Positions 50,866 to 63,464 of a stretch of 64,000 nucleotides of DNA are shown in pieces (positions within the stretch are counted from its first letter, which is position 1; each line of letters starts with the position of its first letter). The position numbers and the translations under genes were made by a program. The notes under the pieces are model-generated. The model did not search any database, was not told the origin of the DNA, and saw nothing but the letters and a program-made list of their open reading frames with translations. Source of the stretch: Mobula birostris (Eukaryota); NCBI RefSeq assembly GCF_030028105.1, contig NC_092395.1, forward strand, positions 37,230,424 to 37,294,423. The letters run 5' to 3'.

Positions 50866-51471
50866 AGACCATAAGACAAAGGAGCAGAAGTAGGCCATTT
50901 GGCCCATTGAGTCTGCTCTGCCATTTTATCATGAGCTGATCCATTCTCCCATTTAGTCCTACTCCCCTGCCTTCTCACCATAACCTTTGATGCCCTGGCT
51001 ACTCAGATACCTATCAATCTCTGCCTTAAATACACCCAATGACTTGGCCTCCACTGCTGCCCGTGGCAACAAATTCCATAGATTCACCACCCTCTGACTA
51101 AAAAAATTTCTTCGCATTTCTGTTCTGAATGGGTGCCCTTCAATCATGCCCTCTTATACTAGACTCCCCCATCATGGGAAACAACTTTGCCACATCCACT
51201 CTGTCCATGCCTTTCAACATTCAAAATGTTTCTGAGGTCTCCCCTCATTCTTCTAAACTCCAAAGAATACAGTCCAAGAGCGGACAAATGTTCCTCACAT
51301 GTTAACCCTCTCATTCCCAGAATCATTCTAGTGAATCTTCTCTGAACCCTCTCCAACGTCAGCACATCCTTTCTTAAATAAGGAGCCTAAAACTGCACAC
51401 AGTACTCCAAGTGAGGTCTCACCAGTGCCTTATAGAGCCTCAACATTACATCCCTGCTCCTATACTCTATT
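50866..51471 (-). mobile_element. Young CR1 3' fragment inserted in an older + strand CR1 (~50560-52050)
   Basis: LTLERVQRRFTRM, RNFFSQRVVNLWNLLP; nearly the same sequence as 53286-54045. Confidence 0.9.
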
Positions 51472-52704
51472 ATGGAGGACTGCTGTAGCTGGAAGGAAGG
51501 AAGCAATCCTGTAGATTATACTGGTGAGTCTCATAACTGAGAGGGAAGCTACCAGGAAGGATTCTTGGGGAGCATTTGAAAAACATATCCTATTTGGTGA
51601 CTGTCAGCATAGCTTTATGCAGAGCAGGTCATGTCTTTTTAATCTGAGTTTTTCCAAGGAGGTGATAAAGCAGTAGATGTTGTCCACGTGGATTTTAGTA
51701 AGATACGCAAGGTTCCTCGGTTAGTCCAGAAGATAAAGATGCATAGTGACTTGGTTGTTTGGATTCAGAATTGCTTTGCCCATAGAAGGCAAGAGGGTAG
51801 TAGGCGATAGGTAACTAGTGGTGTTCTGCAAGGATCTCTTCTGGAATATATACAGTATGACTTGGATTAAAATGTGAATGGATGATTTAGGAAGCTAGCT
51901 GACTATAAAGATTTGTGGCATTGTGGATAGTATAGAAGTTTGCCAAAAGAATAGTAGGATATAGATCAGTTGCAGAAGTGGGTGAAGAAATAGTAGGTGC
52001 ACTCTGTACTTGCAGTACAGCTTGGAGAAGACAAACGTCAGAGTTAAAATTAACTTCTGCAATTGTATTGCTGACATTTTAAACCCTGGCTTTACTCAAT
52101 TATTTCATTTGATTTCCCACCCCCTTGGTCTTAGTCCAAGAAAGCCATGTAGAAATATTACAAGCTTGTCTCATGTTCTAATAACTAGGCCAGAAATTAC
52201 CAATAATAGAAGATTAGGTTTGAACACCTGTAACTGGCCTTCCTTTGTTTCAATTATATTAATTACATTCTTTTACAAGTATTAACTACTCTACTAAATT
52301 CTGTCACCAGCTCTAAGTGCATCAAGCATTTAAAATACATAATAGGTTGATCAGTGCTGGGGAAAATTAAAACCAGATTAAATTTGGGCATAATCCTGCA
52401 ATAAAGTTCAGTGGGATTTGGTCTTTTCTCCCTCTAGAGAACTGCTGAAAAATTAACATTAGTTATTTGAAGCAACCACTTAAGCTTTTCCCTGAATGTG
52501 TAATCACAGTAATGGGCTGCACTAAGATTAGAACTGAAGCACAAATTGTCTGAGAGAAGTGCACAATTGTTCAATATTATACACACATTGTGATGGCTGT
52601 CTCAAACAAAAAATATGTAGATGCTGGAAATCCAAAACAACACACACAAAATGCTGGAGGAACTCAGCAGGCCAAGCAATATCTATGGAAAAGAGCAAAC
52701 AGTC

Positions 52705-53285
52705 AATTGAATTGACTTTATTTCTTACATCCTTCACATACATGAGTGAATATCTTTGTTACGTCTCCATCTGAATGTGCAATCATAGTAATTTATAATA
52801 AATAGAACAGTCAATGTAATATAGAGTATACACAAATCAGCGTGAGTTCATCAGTCTGCTGGCCTAGTGGAAAAGCTGTCCTGGATCTTGCTGGTCCTGG
52901 CTTTTATGCTGTGGTACCACTTCCTGGATGGTAGTAGCTGGAATAGATTGTGGTTAGGGTGACTCGGGTCCCCAATGATCCTTTGGGCCCTTTTTACACA
53001 CTTGTCTTTGTAAATGTCCTGAATCATGGGAAATTCGCAACTACAGATGCACTGGGCTGTCCGCACCACTCTCTGCAGGGTCCTGTGATTAAGGGAGGTA
53101 CAGTTCCCATATTAGACAATGATGCAGTCAATCAGGATGCTCTCAATTGTGCCCCTGTAAAAAGTTCTTAGGATTTGGGGGCCTATACCAAACTTCAACC
53201 GTCTGAGGCAAAAGAGGTGCTGTTGTGCCTTTTTCACCACATAGCTGGTGTGTACAGAGCACGTGAGGTCTTCAATGATGTGGAT
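52705..53285 (-). mobile_element. Rex1-like LINE 3' end (adjacent to a Penelope terminal repeat at ~52600-52705)
   Basis: VVKKAQQHLFCLRRL, ILRTFYRGTIESIL, FQLLPSRKWY. Confidence 0.8.
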
Positions 53286-54045
53286 ACCGTAAGACAAAGG
53301 AGCAGAAGTCAGCCATTCAGCCCATCGAGTCTTCTCTGCCATTTTATCATGAGCTGATCCATTCTCCCATCTAGTCCCACTCCCCTGCCTTCTCACCATA
53401 ACCTTTGATGTCCTGGCTACTCAGGTACCTATCAATCTCTGCCTTAAATACACCCAATGACTTGGCCTCCACTGCTGCCCGTGGCAACAAATTCCATAGA
53501 TTCACCACCCTCTGACTAAAAAAATTTCTTCGCATTTCTGTTCTGAATGGGCGCCCTTCAATCCTTAACTTATGCCCTCTCGTACTAGACTCCCCCATTA
53601 TGGGAAACAACTTTGCCACATCCACTCTGTCCATGTGTTTCAACATTCGGAATGTTTCTATGAGGTCTCCCCTCATTCTTCTAAATTCCAAGGAATACAG
53701 TCCAAGAGCGGACAAACGTTCCTCATATGTTAACCCTCTCATTCCCGGAAGCATTCTAGTGAATCTTCTCTGTACCCTCTCCAACGTCAGCACATCTTTT
53801 CTTAAATAAGGAAACCAAAACTGCCCACAGTACTCCAAGTGAGGTCTCACCAGCGCCTTATAGAGCCTCAACATCACATCCCTGCTCCTATACTCTATTC
53901 CTCTAGAAATGAGTGCCAACATTGCATTCGCCTTCTTCACTACTGACTCAACCTGGAGGTTAACTTTAAGGGTATCCTGTACGAGGACTCCCAAGTCCCG
54001 TTGCATCTCAGAACTTTGAATTCTTTCCCCATTTAAATAATAGTC
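53286..54045 (-). mobile_element. Young CR1 3' fragment
   Basis: Uninterrupted ORF 53371-54006 (QRDLGVLV...LVRPHLEYC...GYGEKAGEW). Confidence 0.93.
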
Positions 54046-54049
54046 TTGT

Positions 54050-54325
54050 CTAGCCTACTGGTAATTTTCTCAAATGACAGGGTGGAAAGAGGTATAGTCT
54101 AGGTTGCTGTGAGAATCAGTGGGTTTATGAAAGATATCAGTAGATAGACTGTCTCCAGAGATGGATACAGAAAGATCGAGAAAGAGGAAGGAGGTGTCGG
54201 AGATGGACCAAATGAATTTAAGGGTAGGGTGGAAGTTGGAGCAAAGTTGATGAAGTCGATGAACTCAGCATGGGTGCAGGAAGCAGCACTGATGCAATCA
54301 TTGATGTAGCACAGGAAGAGTTGCA
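54050..54325 (-). mobile_element. Penelope-like element reverse transcriptase fragment
   Basis: Minus strand LFLCYINDCI (degenerate RYIDD), NFHPTLKFIW, LFLDLSV, TDIFHKPTDSHSNLDYTSFHP - PLE RT/thumb signature. Confidence 0.8.
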
Positions 54326-55149
54326 GAACTATCTACTTAGATTAATGCATCCAGTTATACTTCAGGCTTCTAAATTTCTCTTTGCTTTCAAGTGAATTAC
54401 AGAAGAAAATATTCTGGGCTGTCGAGCTCTCATGGACTCCAAAACTCTCAAAATAAAATCTGAAATTCAAGTATCTTCATAAAACTATGGAATTCTTTTA
54501 GAAAATGAGTGTGATATCATTAAAACTCCATCTTCCTTCGCATTTAAACCAACCAATATGGAAAACTAAACTTCCACACTTTATGTTTTACTGACGCGGA
54601 AGTTTTGATTTTTTTTACATAGAAATCAAATAAAAAGTACTTACTATCTTTGGATATCAAATGATAGAATACCAACACATCCTCATCTTAACTTACCTCA
54701 AGCCTGTATCCATTACACTCATAGTCTGACTCCTTGTTTCTGTGACTTATTAAATTGTCTTCGCTGTCAACTTCTGTCACTTCTCCAGGATGGCTAGCGT
54801 AGACTGCTCGAGTCTGTTCTGCTGCTATGACTGGACCAAAAACAAGACACCGATGAACCTATTAAATCTACTACCTCAAAGCTCTAGTGAGATGGGGTCG
54901 TTTCTGACTTCCAGTGCTGTCCCTATGGAATTGTCAAGTTCTCCCTTGACTGTGTGTGTGTTCCTCCGGAGGCCCCAATTCCCCATCCAAAGGTGTGTAG
55001 GTTAACTGTTCTGTAGCTGAGTGGTAAAATCTGGGGGGATTTGATGGGAATGTGGGAACATAAGATGGTTAATAGTTGTTTGATAGCTGATGTAGACTCA
55101 GTGGTCCAGATTAGTAAAATATACAAATTAGTAAAACATACAGTTTAAA

Positions 55150-55590
55150 GACCATAAGACAAAGAAGTAGAATTAGGCCATTTGGCCCATCGAGCCTGCT
55201 CCACCATTCAATCATGGCTGATCCTTTTATTCCCCTCCTCAGTCCCACTCCCTGGCCTTCTCCCCATAACCTTTGATGCCATGGTGAGAAAATCCAAAAA
55301 TCTGAGATGCAAAGGGACTTGGGAGTCCTTGTGCAGAACACCCTAAAAGTTAACTTGTAGGTTGAGTCAGTGGTGAGGAATGTTAGCATTCATTTCGATA
55401 ATATAAGAGCAGGGTTGTGATGCTGAGGTTCTACAAGATACTGGTGAGGCCTCGCCTTGAGTATTGTGAACAGTTTCAGGCTCCTTATATAAGAAAAGAT
55501 GTGCTGGCATTGGAAAGGCTGGCACAAGGATGATTCCAGGAATGAAAGGGTTATCATATGAGGGACGTTGATGGCTCTGGGCCTGTACTC
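55150..55590. mobile_element. CR1 3' end (minus) joined to an inverted upstream CR1 segment (plus)
   Basis: 55150-55283 is a minus-strand 3' end; 55284-55590 reads GEKIQKSEMQRDLGVLVQ...LGLYS on the plus strand. Confidence 0.75.
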
Positions 55591-55667
55591 ACAAGAACCC
55601 AACTTTACTATAAAGCAAGGATATGGCTGATCATCTGCCTCAACTCTATTTCCCTACTCTATGCTCA

Positions 55668-56530
55668 AAGTTCAAAGTATGTACATTATGAAATACTACA
55701 TTGAGACTCATTTTCTTCCAGACATTTATAAGAAAAATAAAGAAACACAATAGAATTTATGAAAAAACTATACATAAACAATTCTGACTAACAACCAATA
55801 TGTAAAAAAAGTCAAATTGCAAATAAGAAAATAATACTGAGAATGAGTTGTAAAGAGTCCTTGAAGGTGAGTCTGTACGTCATAAAGTCAGTTCCGTGTT
55901 GAGGTGAGTGAAGCTATCCACTCTGGTTCAGGATAATGATGGTTGTAGGGTGATAACTATTCCTGAACCTGGTCACTTTGGACCAAAGGTTTCCATAATG
56001 CCGCTCGATGGTAGTAGCGAGAAGGGAGCATTGATTTCTTGTGGCAGTGCTCGATGTAAGTGTAATCAATAGTGGGGAGGGCCTTGCATGTGATGGGTTT
56101 AGCTGTATCCACCACTTTCTGTAGTTTTTTCCCCCACTTTCTGTCATTTCCCCCACTCCGCCCCAGTTCCTGGGCATTGGTGTTTCCATACCAAGCTATG
56201 GTGCAACCAGTTCAAAGTTTTAGATTACATGCTGAGTCTACACAAACTTCAAGAAATTAGAGGTGTTGCTGTGCCTTTTTGTGATGGATTTACATGCTGG
56301 TCCCAGGACAAATCCTGTGATATGTTAACGCCAAGGAATTTAATACGATTGACCCTCCCATCCTCCAATCCCCTAATGAGGACTGGCTCCAGCTCCTGCC
56401 TCCTGTGGTCAATAATCAGCTCTTTGGTTTTGTTGACGTTGAGTGAGAGGTTACTATGGCACCACTCAGCCTGACTTTCAAGCTCCCTCATATGTGCCAA
56501 TTCATCACCACCTTTGACTTGGCCAGAAAG
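55668..56530 (-). mobile_element. Rex1-like LINE 3' part; boundaries approximate
   Basis: EWCHSNLSLNVNKTKELIID, IKFLGVNISQDLSW, RFRNSY; (TCAAAGT)n tail. Confidence 0.8.
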
Positions 56531-56639
56531 AGTGGTGCTGTAAGCAATCTTAATTCTGTTATTCTACCCCCTTTCACCCCCAACTTCAGCCTCTTAATCA
56601 TCTCACGCTTTTTTAAAAAAATCCACAGATATTTCCACA

Positions 56640-56870
56640 TTTTTTTGTTTATTTTAGACATGCAACACAGTAACAGACCCAATGAGCCCACGCTACCCAA
56701 TTACACCCATGTGACCAAATAACTTACTGACCCATGCGTCTTTGGAACGTGGGAGGAAACCAGAGAAACGTGGTCATGGGAGAAAGTGCAAACTCCTGAC
56801 CAACTGCTGTGAGATTGACCCCATGTCTCTGGCATTGTAATGGTATTATATAATAATACCATGCCATTCC
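56640..56870 (-). mobile_element. V-SINE (HE1-like), decayed
   Basis: tctttggaacgtgggaggaaaccagag is the reverse complement of the V-domain core. Confidence 0.65.
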
Positions 56871-57544
56871 CTTTTTGGATCTGCTTGTAATTTTATGTCC
56901 ATAGATTCATGGAGTTGCAAAACACAAAATAGGCTCTTTGGCCCAACTCATCCAAGATGTCTACATCTCTCCAAACCTTTCTCATCCACACACATGCCCA
57001 AATGTCTTTTGATGTGGTAACTGTACCCAGCTCCCCTAGCAGCTTGTTCAATATATTCACTATATACTTGCCTGTTAGATTTCATTTAAATCTCTCCCCT
57101 CTCATCTAAACCTATGCCTGCTAGTTTTAGACTTCCCTATCCTGGGAAAATAAGTGTGAATGTCTATGTTCCAGCCTATCCAAGGATCTTTATATAACTC
57201 AATTCTCTCCAGTTCAGGAAACATTCCTGTGAATCTTTTTTGCACTCTCTCTAACTTAATCACATCCAAAGTACAGTGTGGAAATCTGAAATGCACACAA
57301 TACTCCAAGTGCCATCTAACCAACACCTTGCACAACTGTGATGTGACAGCCCAATCTTTATCCACACAATGAAGGCAAGCATACCTAATCTGACCAGCCA
57401 GGTCCTTCACTCTAGCAGGAATATCCTGGCCCTGATCATCCTGGGCATTGGTACGATTGTTATCCTTTCAAAGGAAACTTCTGACTGCAGCAATGAGAGA
57501 TTGAAGATGTCTTTGAACTCCCCAATCAGTTGGCACAGGTTTTC

Positions 57545-58007
57545 AGAGGGTTAACATATGAGGAACGTTTGTCCGCTCTTGGACTGTATTCCTTGGAGTT
57601 TAGAAGAGTGAGGGGAGACCTCATAGAAACATTTCGAATGTTAAAAGGCATGGACAGAGTGGATGTGGCAAAGTTGTTTCCAATGATGGGGAGTCTAGTA
57701 CAAGAGGGCATGACTTAAGGATTGAAGGGCGCCCATTCAGAACAGAAATGCGAAGAAATTTTTTTAGTCAGAGGATGGTGAATCTATGGAATTTGTTGCC
57801 ACGGGCAGCAGTGGAGGCCAAGTCATTGGGTGTATTTAAGGCAGAGATTGATAGGTATCTCAGGAGCCAGGGCATCAAAGGTTATAGTTAGAAGGCAGGG
57901 GAGTGGGACTAAATGGGAGAATGGATCAGCTCATGATAAAATGGCAGAGCAGACTCGATGGGCCGAATGGCCTACTTCTGCTCCTTTGTCTTATGGTCTA
58001 TGGTCTT
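57545..58007 (+). mobile_element. Young CR1 3' fragment, same subfamily as 50866-51471 and 53286-54045
   Basis: RGLTYEERLSALGLYSLEFRR...; tail tcttatggtctatggtctt. Confidence 0.9.
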
Positions 58008-58689
58008 AACCGGGTAGTCCATTGGGACCTATCGCCTAGCAAGGTTCACCTTCTTGAAAAACAGCCCGACGCCACCCTCCGGGACAGAGACCACAGGGAC
58101 ACCGGGTGCTACAGATATCCTCACAACTGTAGTTCTGTTCTCCCCAAAGACTAGCAAATTTCTTCAGATGTACCGCGGAGAGCATTCTAACTGGTTGCAT
58201 CACTGTCTGACATGGAGAGAGAAAGACCAAGGCACAGGATCAAAACAAGCTGTAGTAGACGGTTATAAACTCAGCCAGCCTCATCACGGGCACTAGTCTC
58301 CATATCATAGGAAGACGTCTTCAGAAGGCGATGCCTCAAAAAGGCGGCCTCCACCATGAAGGCCCCCGCCACCCAGGGCAAGCCCTCTTCTCACAGAGAA
58401 GATACAGGAGCCTGGGGGGACACATTCGACGTTTTAAGAGCAGCTTTCTGAACAGTTCATGAATACTACCTCACTATTTTTACTCTTTCTGCACTACTTC
58501 TTACACACACCTTTATATGTATATAGTCTTATTTTACTTCGTAGTCTATTTATGTATTGCACTGTACCGCTGCCACAAAACAAATTTCATTTGTCAGCGA
58601 TAATAAGCCTGATTTTGACACTTCCTCTCACCACAGACAAATACACTGCCATACTATCAGAACAGCTCGAATGCTGCAAGTTTCTGACT

Positions 58690-58938
58690 TCAGAGTCACG
58701 CTGAATGACTCAAATGGCTTCTTGTGACTGAACAGTGTATTTGCAGAGTTTCTTGCGCCATTCTTTCAGCCTAACTCAATGACTGACTCGGAGGATTCGC
58801 ATTGGTCAGTGGCACTGTCAATTATTTAGTGGGCCCCACCCGGATAACGTCATCTAAGGTTCTTAAAACCCTTGCCCCCAGACCGGGAATATATTCTGGA
58901 GCATACAAAGAACTGAGTGCGTAGTTTTGAGACAGTTG
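58690..58938 (+). promoter_or_regulatory. Putative promoter and non-coding exon 1 of the PLIN3-like gene
   Basis: CpG-retaining region; TGACTCA at 58706, ATTGG at 58801, CCCCACCC at 58834, ACGTCA at 58847; strong donor TTG|GTAAGT after 58938; acceptor at 59209. Confidence 0.65.
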
Positions 58939-59227
58939 GTAAGTGTAAGCACCGTTTATTTATTCCAGGGTATCTTCTCTTGTAGGTTACACGTTCGCCT
59001 TTGTTCAAAAATGTTAAAAGTAACTTTTAAGATAACACAAATCGTAATTTTTCGAATATTTTATCTTTTTACCCTCGATAGTTAGAAACTTTTGTGGAAG
59101 TCTTAACTCTCGAGATTATAAACTTCCTTTACCTGTGAGAGTTGTTTGTGATTTTGAGCCGGGGGAAAGACATTAACTGCCTTATTCGATCCTGGTTTCT
59201 GTTCATTAGATTCAGAAGATTTTCGCT

Positions 59228-59299
59228 ATGGCCTCAGAAGCGGATAGAAACGTTGAACTTGCCAACAATGGCGAGCACCAGGACGACGGGGAACAGCAG
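59228..59299 (+). CDS. PLIN3: Perilipin-3-like, coding exon 1 (MASEADRNVELANNGEHQDDGEQQ)
   Basis: gctATGG start, CAG|gt phase 0, joins in frame to the PAT exon. A ~24-aa leader ending QQ fits PLIN3 better than the ~10-aa PLIN2 leader; orthology not proven. Confidence 0.8.
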
Positions 59300-61636
59300 G
59301 TACCCTTCACTAGTTATTGTCCCTCAACTCCGACTAAACGTGAGCACTGCAGCGTCTCGGGCAATCTTACCCCGCCCTTGTGCAAGGCGACGATGATTTC
59401 AGCACGAATTCGGGTCAAGAGTCTTGAGAGTGCTTTCGGTTCTGCTGGAAATTGTTACTCTCTGACTCAGCCTGCATGTGTTGCGACTTTTGACCTACTT
59501 CTGCAATTTGGCTGTAATTGTCACTGCTTGATAAACGTTACAAAGTTTGCGTAGATTACAGTGTAATTGTTGGAGAAAAAACTTCTTGGCTGTTAATTTG
59601 ACTTTTTTATCTTTCTACTTATTCAATTATTTGATAACTTGGATTTTTTTGTTATGTAGAGATTTTTAAAATCTTATTGCTGTCTATATTTCGATCTACT
59701 TTGTTAAAATTGCATTTTAATGTTGTTCAAGTCTGTGTTGCAATTCTTCAAAATGGCTACTTTCCTTTTTGAGAACATAGAGGCTAAAATCCAGCTGAAC
59801 GCTCGTTCACAATCTAAAGAGCATACTGATGAGGATTTGAGGGCCATTCTTTTGGAGATGATTGTACATTTGTAGTTGTGTGAGTAATTGTTGAGACAGC
59901 TTGTTTCTGGATAAAATTTATATTCTGAATGAAATCTTGTGGATAATCAAAAGCCCTTTTGTCTTGGGTTCAAACCCAACAGGCCTTGGAACTTGTTCTC
60001 TAAAGACTACTCTTTGTAGTTTGCATTGCATCTGTTCAGAAGTGTAGTTGAAGTAACTGCATGTCCTGCAATTGTTTTGCCTGGAAATAAATCCCACTGT
60101 GTGTCTGCTAATGTCAGATGCTGAGTCTTGATGGTTTTTAAGGTCTTGGAAAATAGTGTATGGGTTTTGGTTGAGGATCAGAAACAATGTAAGATTTACT
60201 GCTGTGGAAGCGAATGCAACAGTAACTAGGAACATTAGTTTGAGGGTAACTTTATTACATAGAGCTGTAGAGTGAAATTGTTTCAGTGGAAGTGCAGTAA
60301 AACTCCAATAATCCACTTTTGGGAATCATGATGGTTTGGGATCAGGCTTGCCAAGAAATGTTTGTTGAATTCAAAAAGGAGCACATCTTTTGATATTTAT
60401 CATAACTGTAACATCTAAACTGAATTTAATTTTCCTAATAACACCCAAGAGTCCAGAAAATCTACAAGTCCAGCATCATTAATTGTAAATGCGCTAGTTA
60501 ATAGTTTTAATGTAATCTGGTTCATAGAAATGCAAATTTGATTACAAATCTGCATTCCATATGAAAGACAAGAAGGGATATATAAGGGATAGGAACAGGT
60601 TCAGAGTGAGGAATTGATGGAAGTTGTGGGTTGGACCTGCCAGTATACTTGTGCTTTGGAAGATCCTGCTATTTGAGATGGATTCTGGTGTGTATACATA
60701 ACTCCATCTTTTGTTAAAAGAGAAGAATGAATCTTCAGACTAGTTAACCCAATGCACGTGGAGATGGTCCTAACTTCCAAAGAAAGGGTACATAGTGGGT
60801 TTTGATGTTGACATGCATTGTATAGCAAGTAATAGCTTTCAGGTTGTAACTAGCAGAGTAGAAGGAATCCAGACAATGTACAATGTTAGGATTTTCCAAA
60901 AACTTTGGGTGCAAATGGTCATTTGCATATGTTGTTTTGTGAGGTTGGAAAAGTAATATTTGCCATAATATGGAATGAGAATGACTTTCAAAATGATAGG
61001 ACTTGATACAGTCACTTGCTGTAGGAAATGGTGCTGGGGACCCAACTGTTCTTAAGAGGACTTACAAGTTTGCTGGTACCAAGCTAGGTGACTGTGGATG
61101 TCATGTGGAATCTTTGAGGATATGGGCAAAGACTTGGCAGTTGGAATATGATCTGGTCCTTTGATCCAAGGATATAACTGAGCAGAGAGATTACCACAAA
61201 TGTTGATCCCTTATGTGGAAGTTCTCCCAAAGTAACAGCTTGTGCCCATATTGTGAAGTTTAGATTGAGGTGATGTTACTTCAGTATATCCAGTGATTCC
61301 TTTGTGCTGTCCAGAACCAAAGGAGACTGAGCTTGGTCATTCAATTATCTGTAGGTTATTGAGTGCGTTGTGTTCTGTTTTCTGTGCATATTCAAATGTT
61401 GTTTTACTTTCTGTCTGGACATGAGGGACATTTAAGAAACCCTAGGATGGGCACGTGGATGAAAGGAGAACGGAGGGATATATGGAAGAGAAGGATTGAT
61501 CTTGGAATAGATTAAAGGGTCAGCTCAACATAGTGGGCCAAAGGCGCAGTTCTGTTCTATGTCTATGTGGATGGTGCTGAAGTAAAGGATCTACCACAAT
61601 GAATGCTGGCATGAGGTTACAGAGCTGAATGGCCTA

Positions 61637-63161
61637 TAGTACTGTGCAAAAGTCTTGCCACTCTTATCTAAAGCAAAATGTGTATTAAAAATGTTATTTC
61701 TCTGCTGCATTAGTATGTCAGTGTAAAAGAGCAAATTTTAGATTTCCCAACATTCAGTTTCCAAAATATTAAATGTTAGTGACTTTGTTTTATATTTCAT
61801 TAAAGAAAGTAATATGTTAAGTAATGGACCATTCTTCAAATTAAAAACTTGATTACTTTGTAGGTATCTAGCCCAGTGCATGGCTAAACAGATAATAGGA
61901 TGCTAATGATCAGTGACATAATGAGTGAATGAATTAAACTGAAACAAGGTGTATAGAAGGAATCAAGCTGGGTGACGGGCAGCCAAACTAAAAGGTGAGG
62001 GTGTGGCAGATGTGACAGTTTAACCTACAAAGTATCAATTATTACACTGTGGCAAAAGTGAGCATAGCAGCAAGACACAAGGTGGTCATGTGCATCAGCA
62101 AGGTCTCTTCCAAGCAGAAGTTTCATGGCAGAGGAGTTTCAAGATACCACGTCCAAGCTTTTCTGAAGAAGCACGGAGACCTGAAATGCAGTGGTCAGCC
62201 ACAGAAACTGAATGTAGCAGATGAGAGGTACATCAAACAGACTCCCTTCTAAATCGGAAGAAGTCCAGCATTGCTATCAGTTCTGAACTCATAGAAACTG
62301 CAGAACCCAAGTACACCCCACTACAGTCTGGAGAAGTCTTGTCAGAAGTGGCCTTCATGGAAGAGTTGCCACCAAAAAGTCATTCCTGCGAAGTGGAAAC
62401 AAAGCCAAGAGACTCGCCTATGCTCAAAAACACAATGATTGGGGTGCTGAACAATGGCAGCAAGTGCTGTGGACTGACAAGTCAAAATTTGACATTTTTG
62501 GCTCAAACAGCAGGCAGTTTGTGCACAGAAGAGCTGGAGATCGCTACATGGGTAAGCACCTGCAGCAAACAGTGAAGCACAGCAGAGGCTCCCTGCAAGT
62601 GCGTAGCTGCATTTCTGCAAATTGAGTTGGTAATCTGATCAGAATTTATGGAATCCTCAATGCTGAGAAGTACAAGCAGATTCTCAACAATCACGCAATA
62701 CCATCAAGGAGGTTTCTGATCAGAATGAACTTCATTTTGCAGCAACACAATGACCCCAAGTACATGGCCAAGGTCATAAACTATCTTCAGTAAAAAGAAC
62801 AAGGAGTTCTGCAGCAGATGGTAAGACCGCGACAGAGCTCTGATCTCAACATCAACAAGGCTGTCTGCGATTTCCTGGAGAGAAAGAAGCAAGCCAAAGT
62901 ATGCAGAAGAACAGTGGCAAGTTCTCCCAGATGCTTGGAACAACCTACCAGTCAAGGTTTCTTATAAAACTGGATGACAGTGTATCTAAGAGAATTGATG
63001 CAGTTTTAAAGGCAAAGGGTACTCACACCAAATATTGATTTAGTGTTTTACTGGTTACTGCTCTTTATAGTAGTCTTTTGTTTTTGCAGATTTAGAAACT
63101 TATTGAAAGCATTTTTGTTACAGATGTTTTTACATGAGCCCAAGACTTTTGTCCAGTACTA
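61637..63161 (+). mobile_element. Full-length but decayed Tc1-family DNA transposon in PLIN3-like intron
   Basis: TIRs tagtactgtgcaaaagtcttg / caagacttttgtccagtacta; broken transposase ~62049-63040 with VLWTDKSKF, TVKH, ILQQHNDPK, SSDLN. Confidence 0.9.
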
Positions 63162-63268
63162 TGCTGTTCATTTCACTTGCTGGTAACACGAGTTGTGAGG
63201 TGACAGACCTCTGTAGAATTTCTATTGGGTGTGTGTCAATGGAATAAGTGTCATGATTTTTGTTTCAG

Positions 63269-63464
63269 AATGTGGTGAACAGGGTCACTAACCTGCCGCT
63301 TGTGAGCTCTGCCTATGATATGGTGTCGGCTGCATACAACAACACCAAGGAGAACCATCCATATGTCAAGACGGTCTGTGACGTTGCTGAACAGGGAGTG
63401 AAGGCCATCTCTGCTGTGGCTGCCAGTGGTGCCAAGCCCATTATGAACAAGCTGGAACCACAAA
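63269..63464 (+). CDS. PLIN3: Perilipin-3-like, coding exon 2 (PAT domain); gene continues beyond the window
   Basis: tttcag|AAT...CAA A|gtaaga; [44 protein letters not shown]...PIMNKLEPQ is the canonical PAT signature. PLIN3 favoured, PLIN2 not excluded. Confidence 0.93.

Noticed and set aside
59300-59554. Remainder of the 108-aa ORF 59228-59554
   Set aside because: Intron read-through after the donor at 59299; only the first 24 codons join the PAT exon
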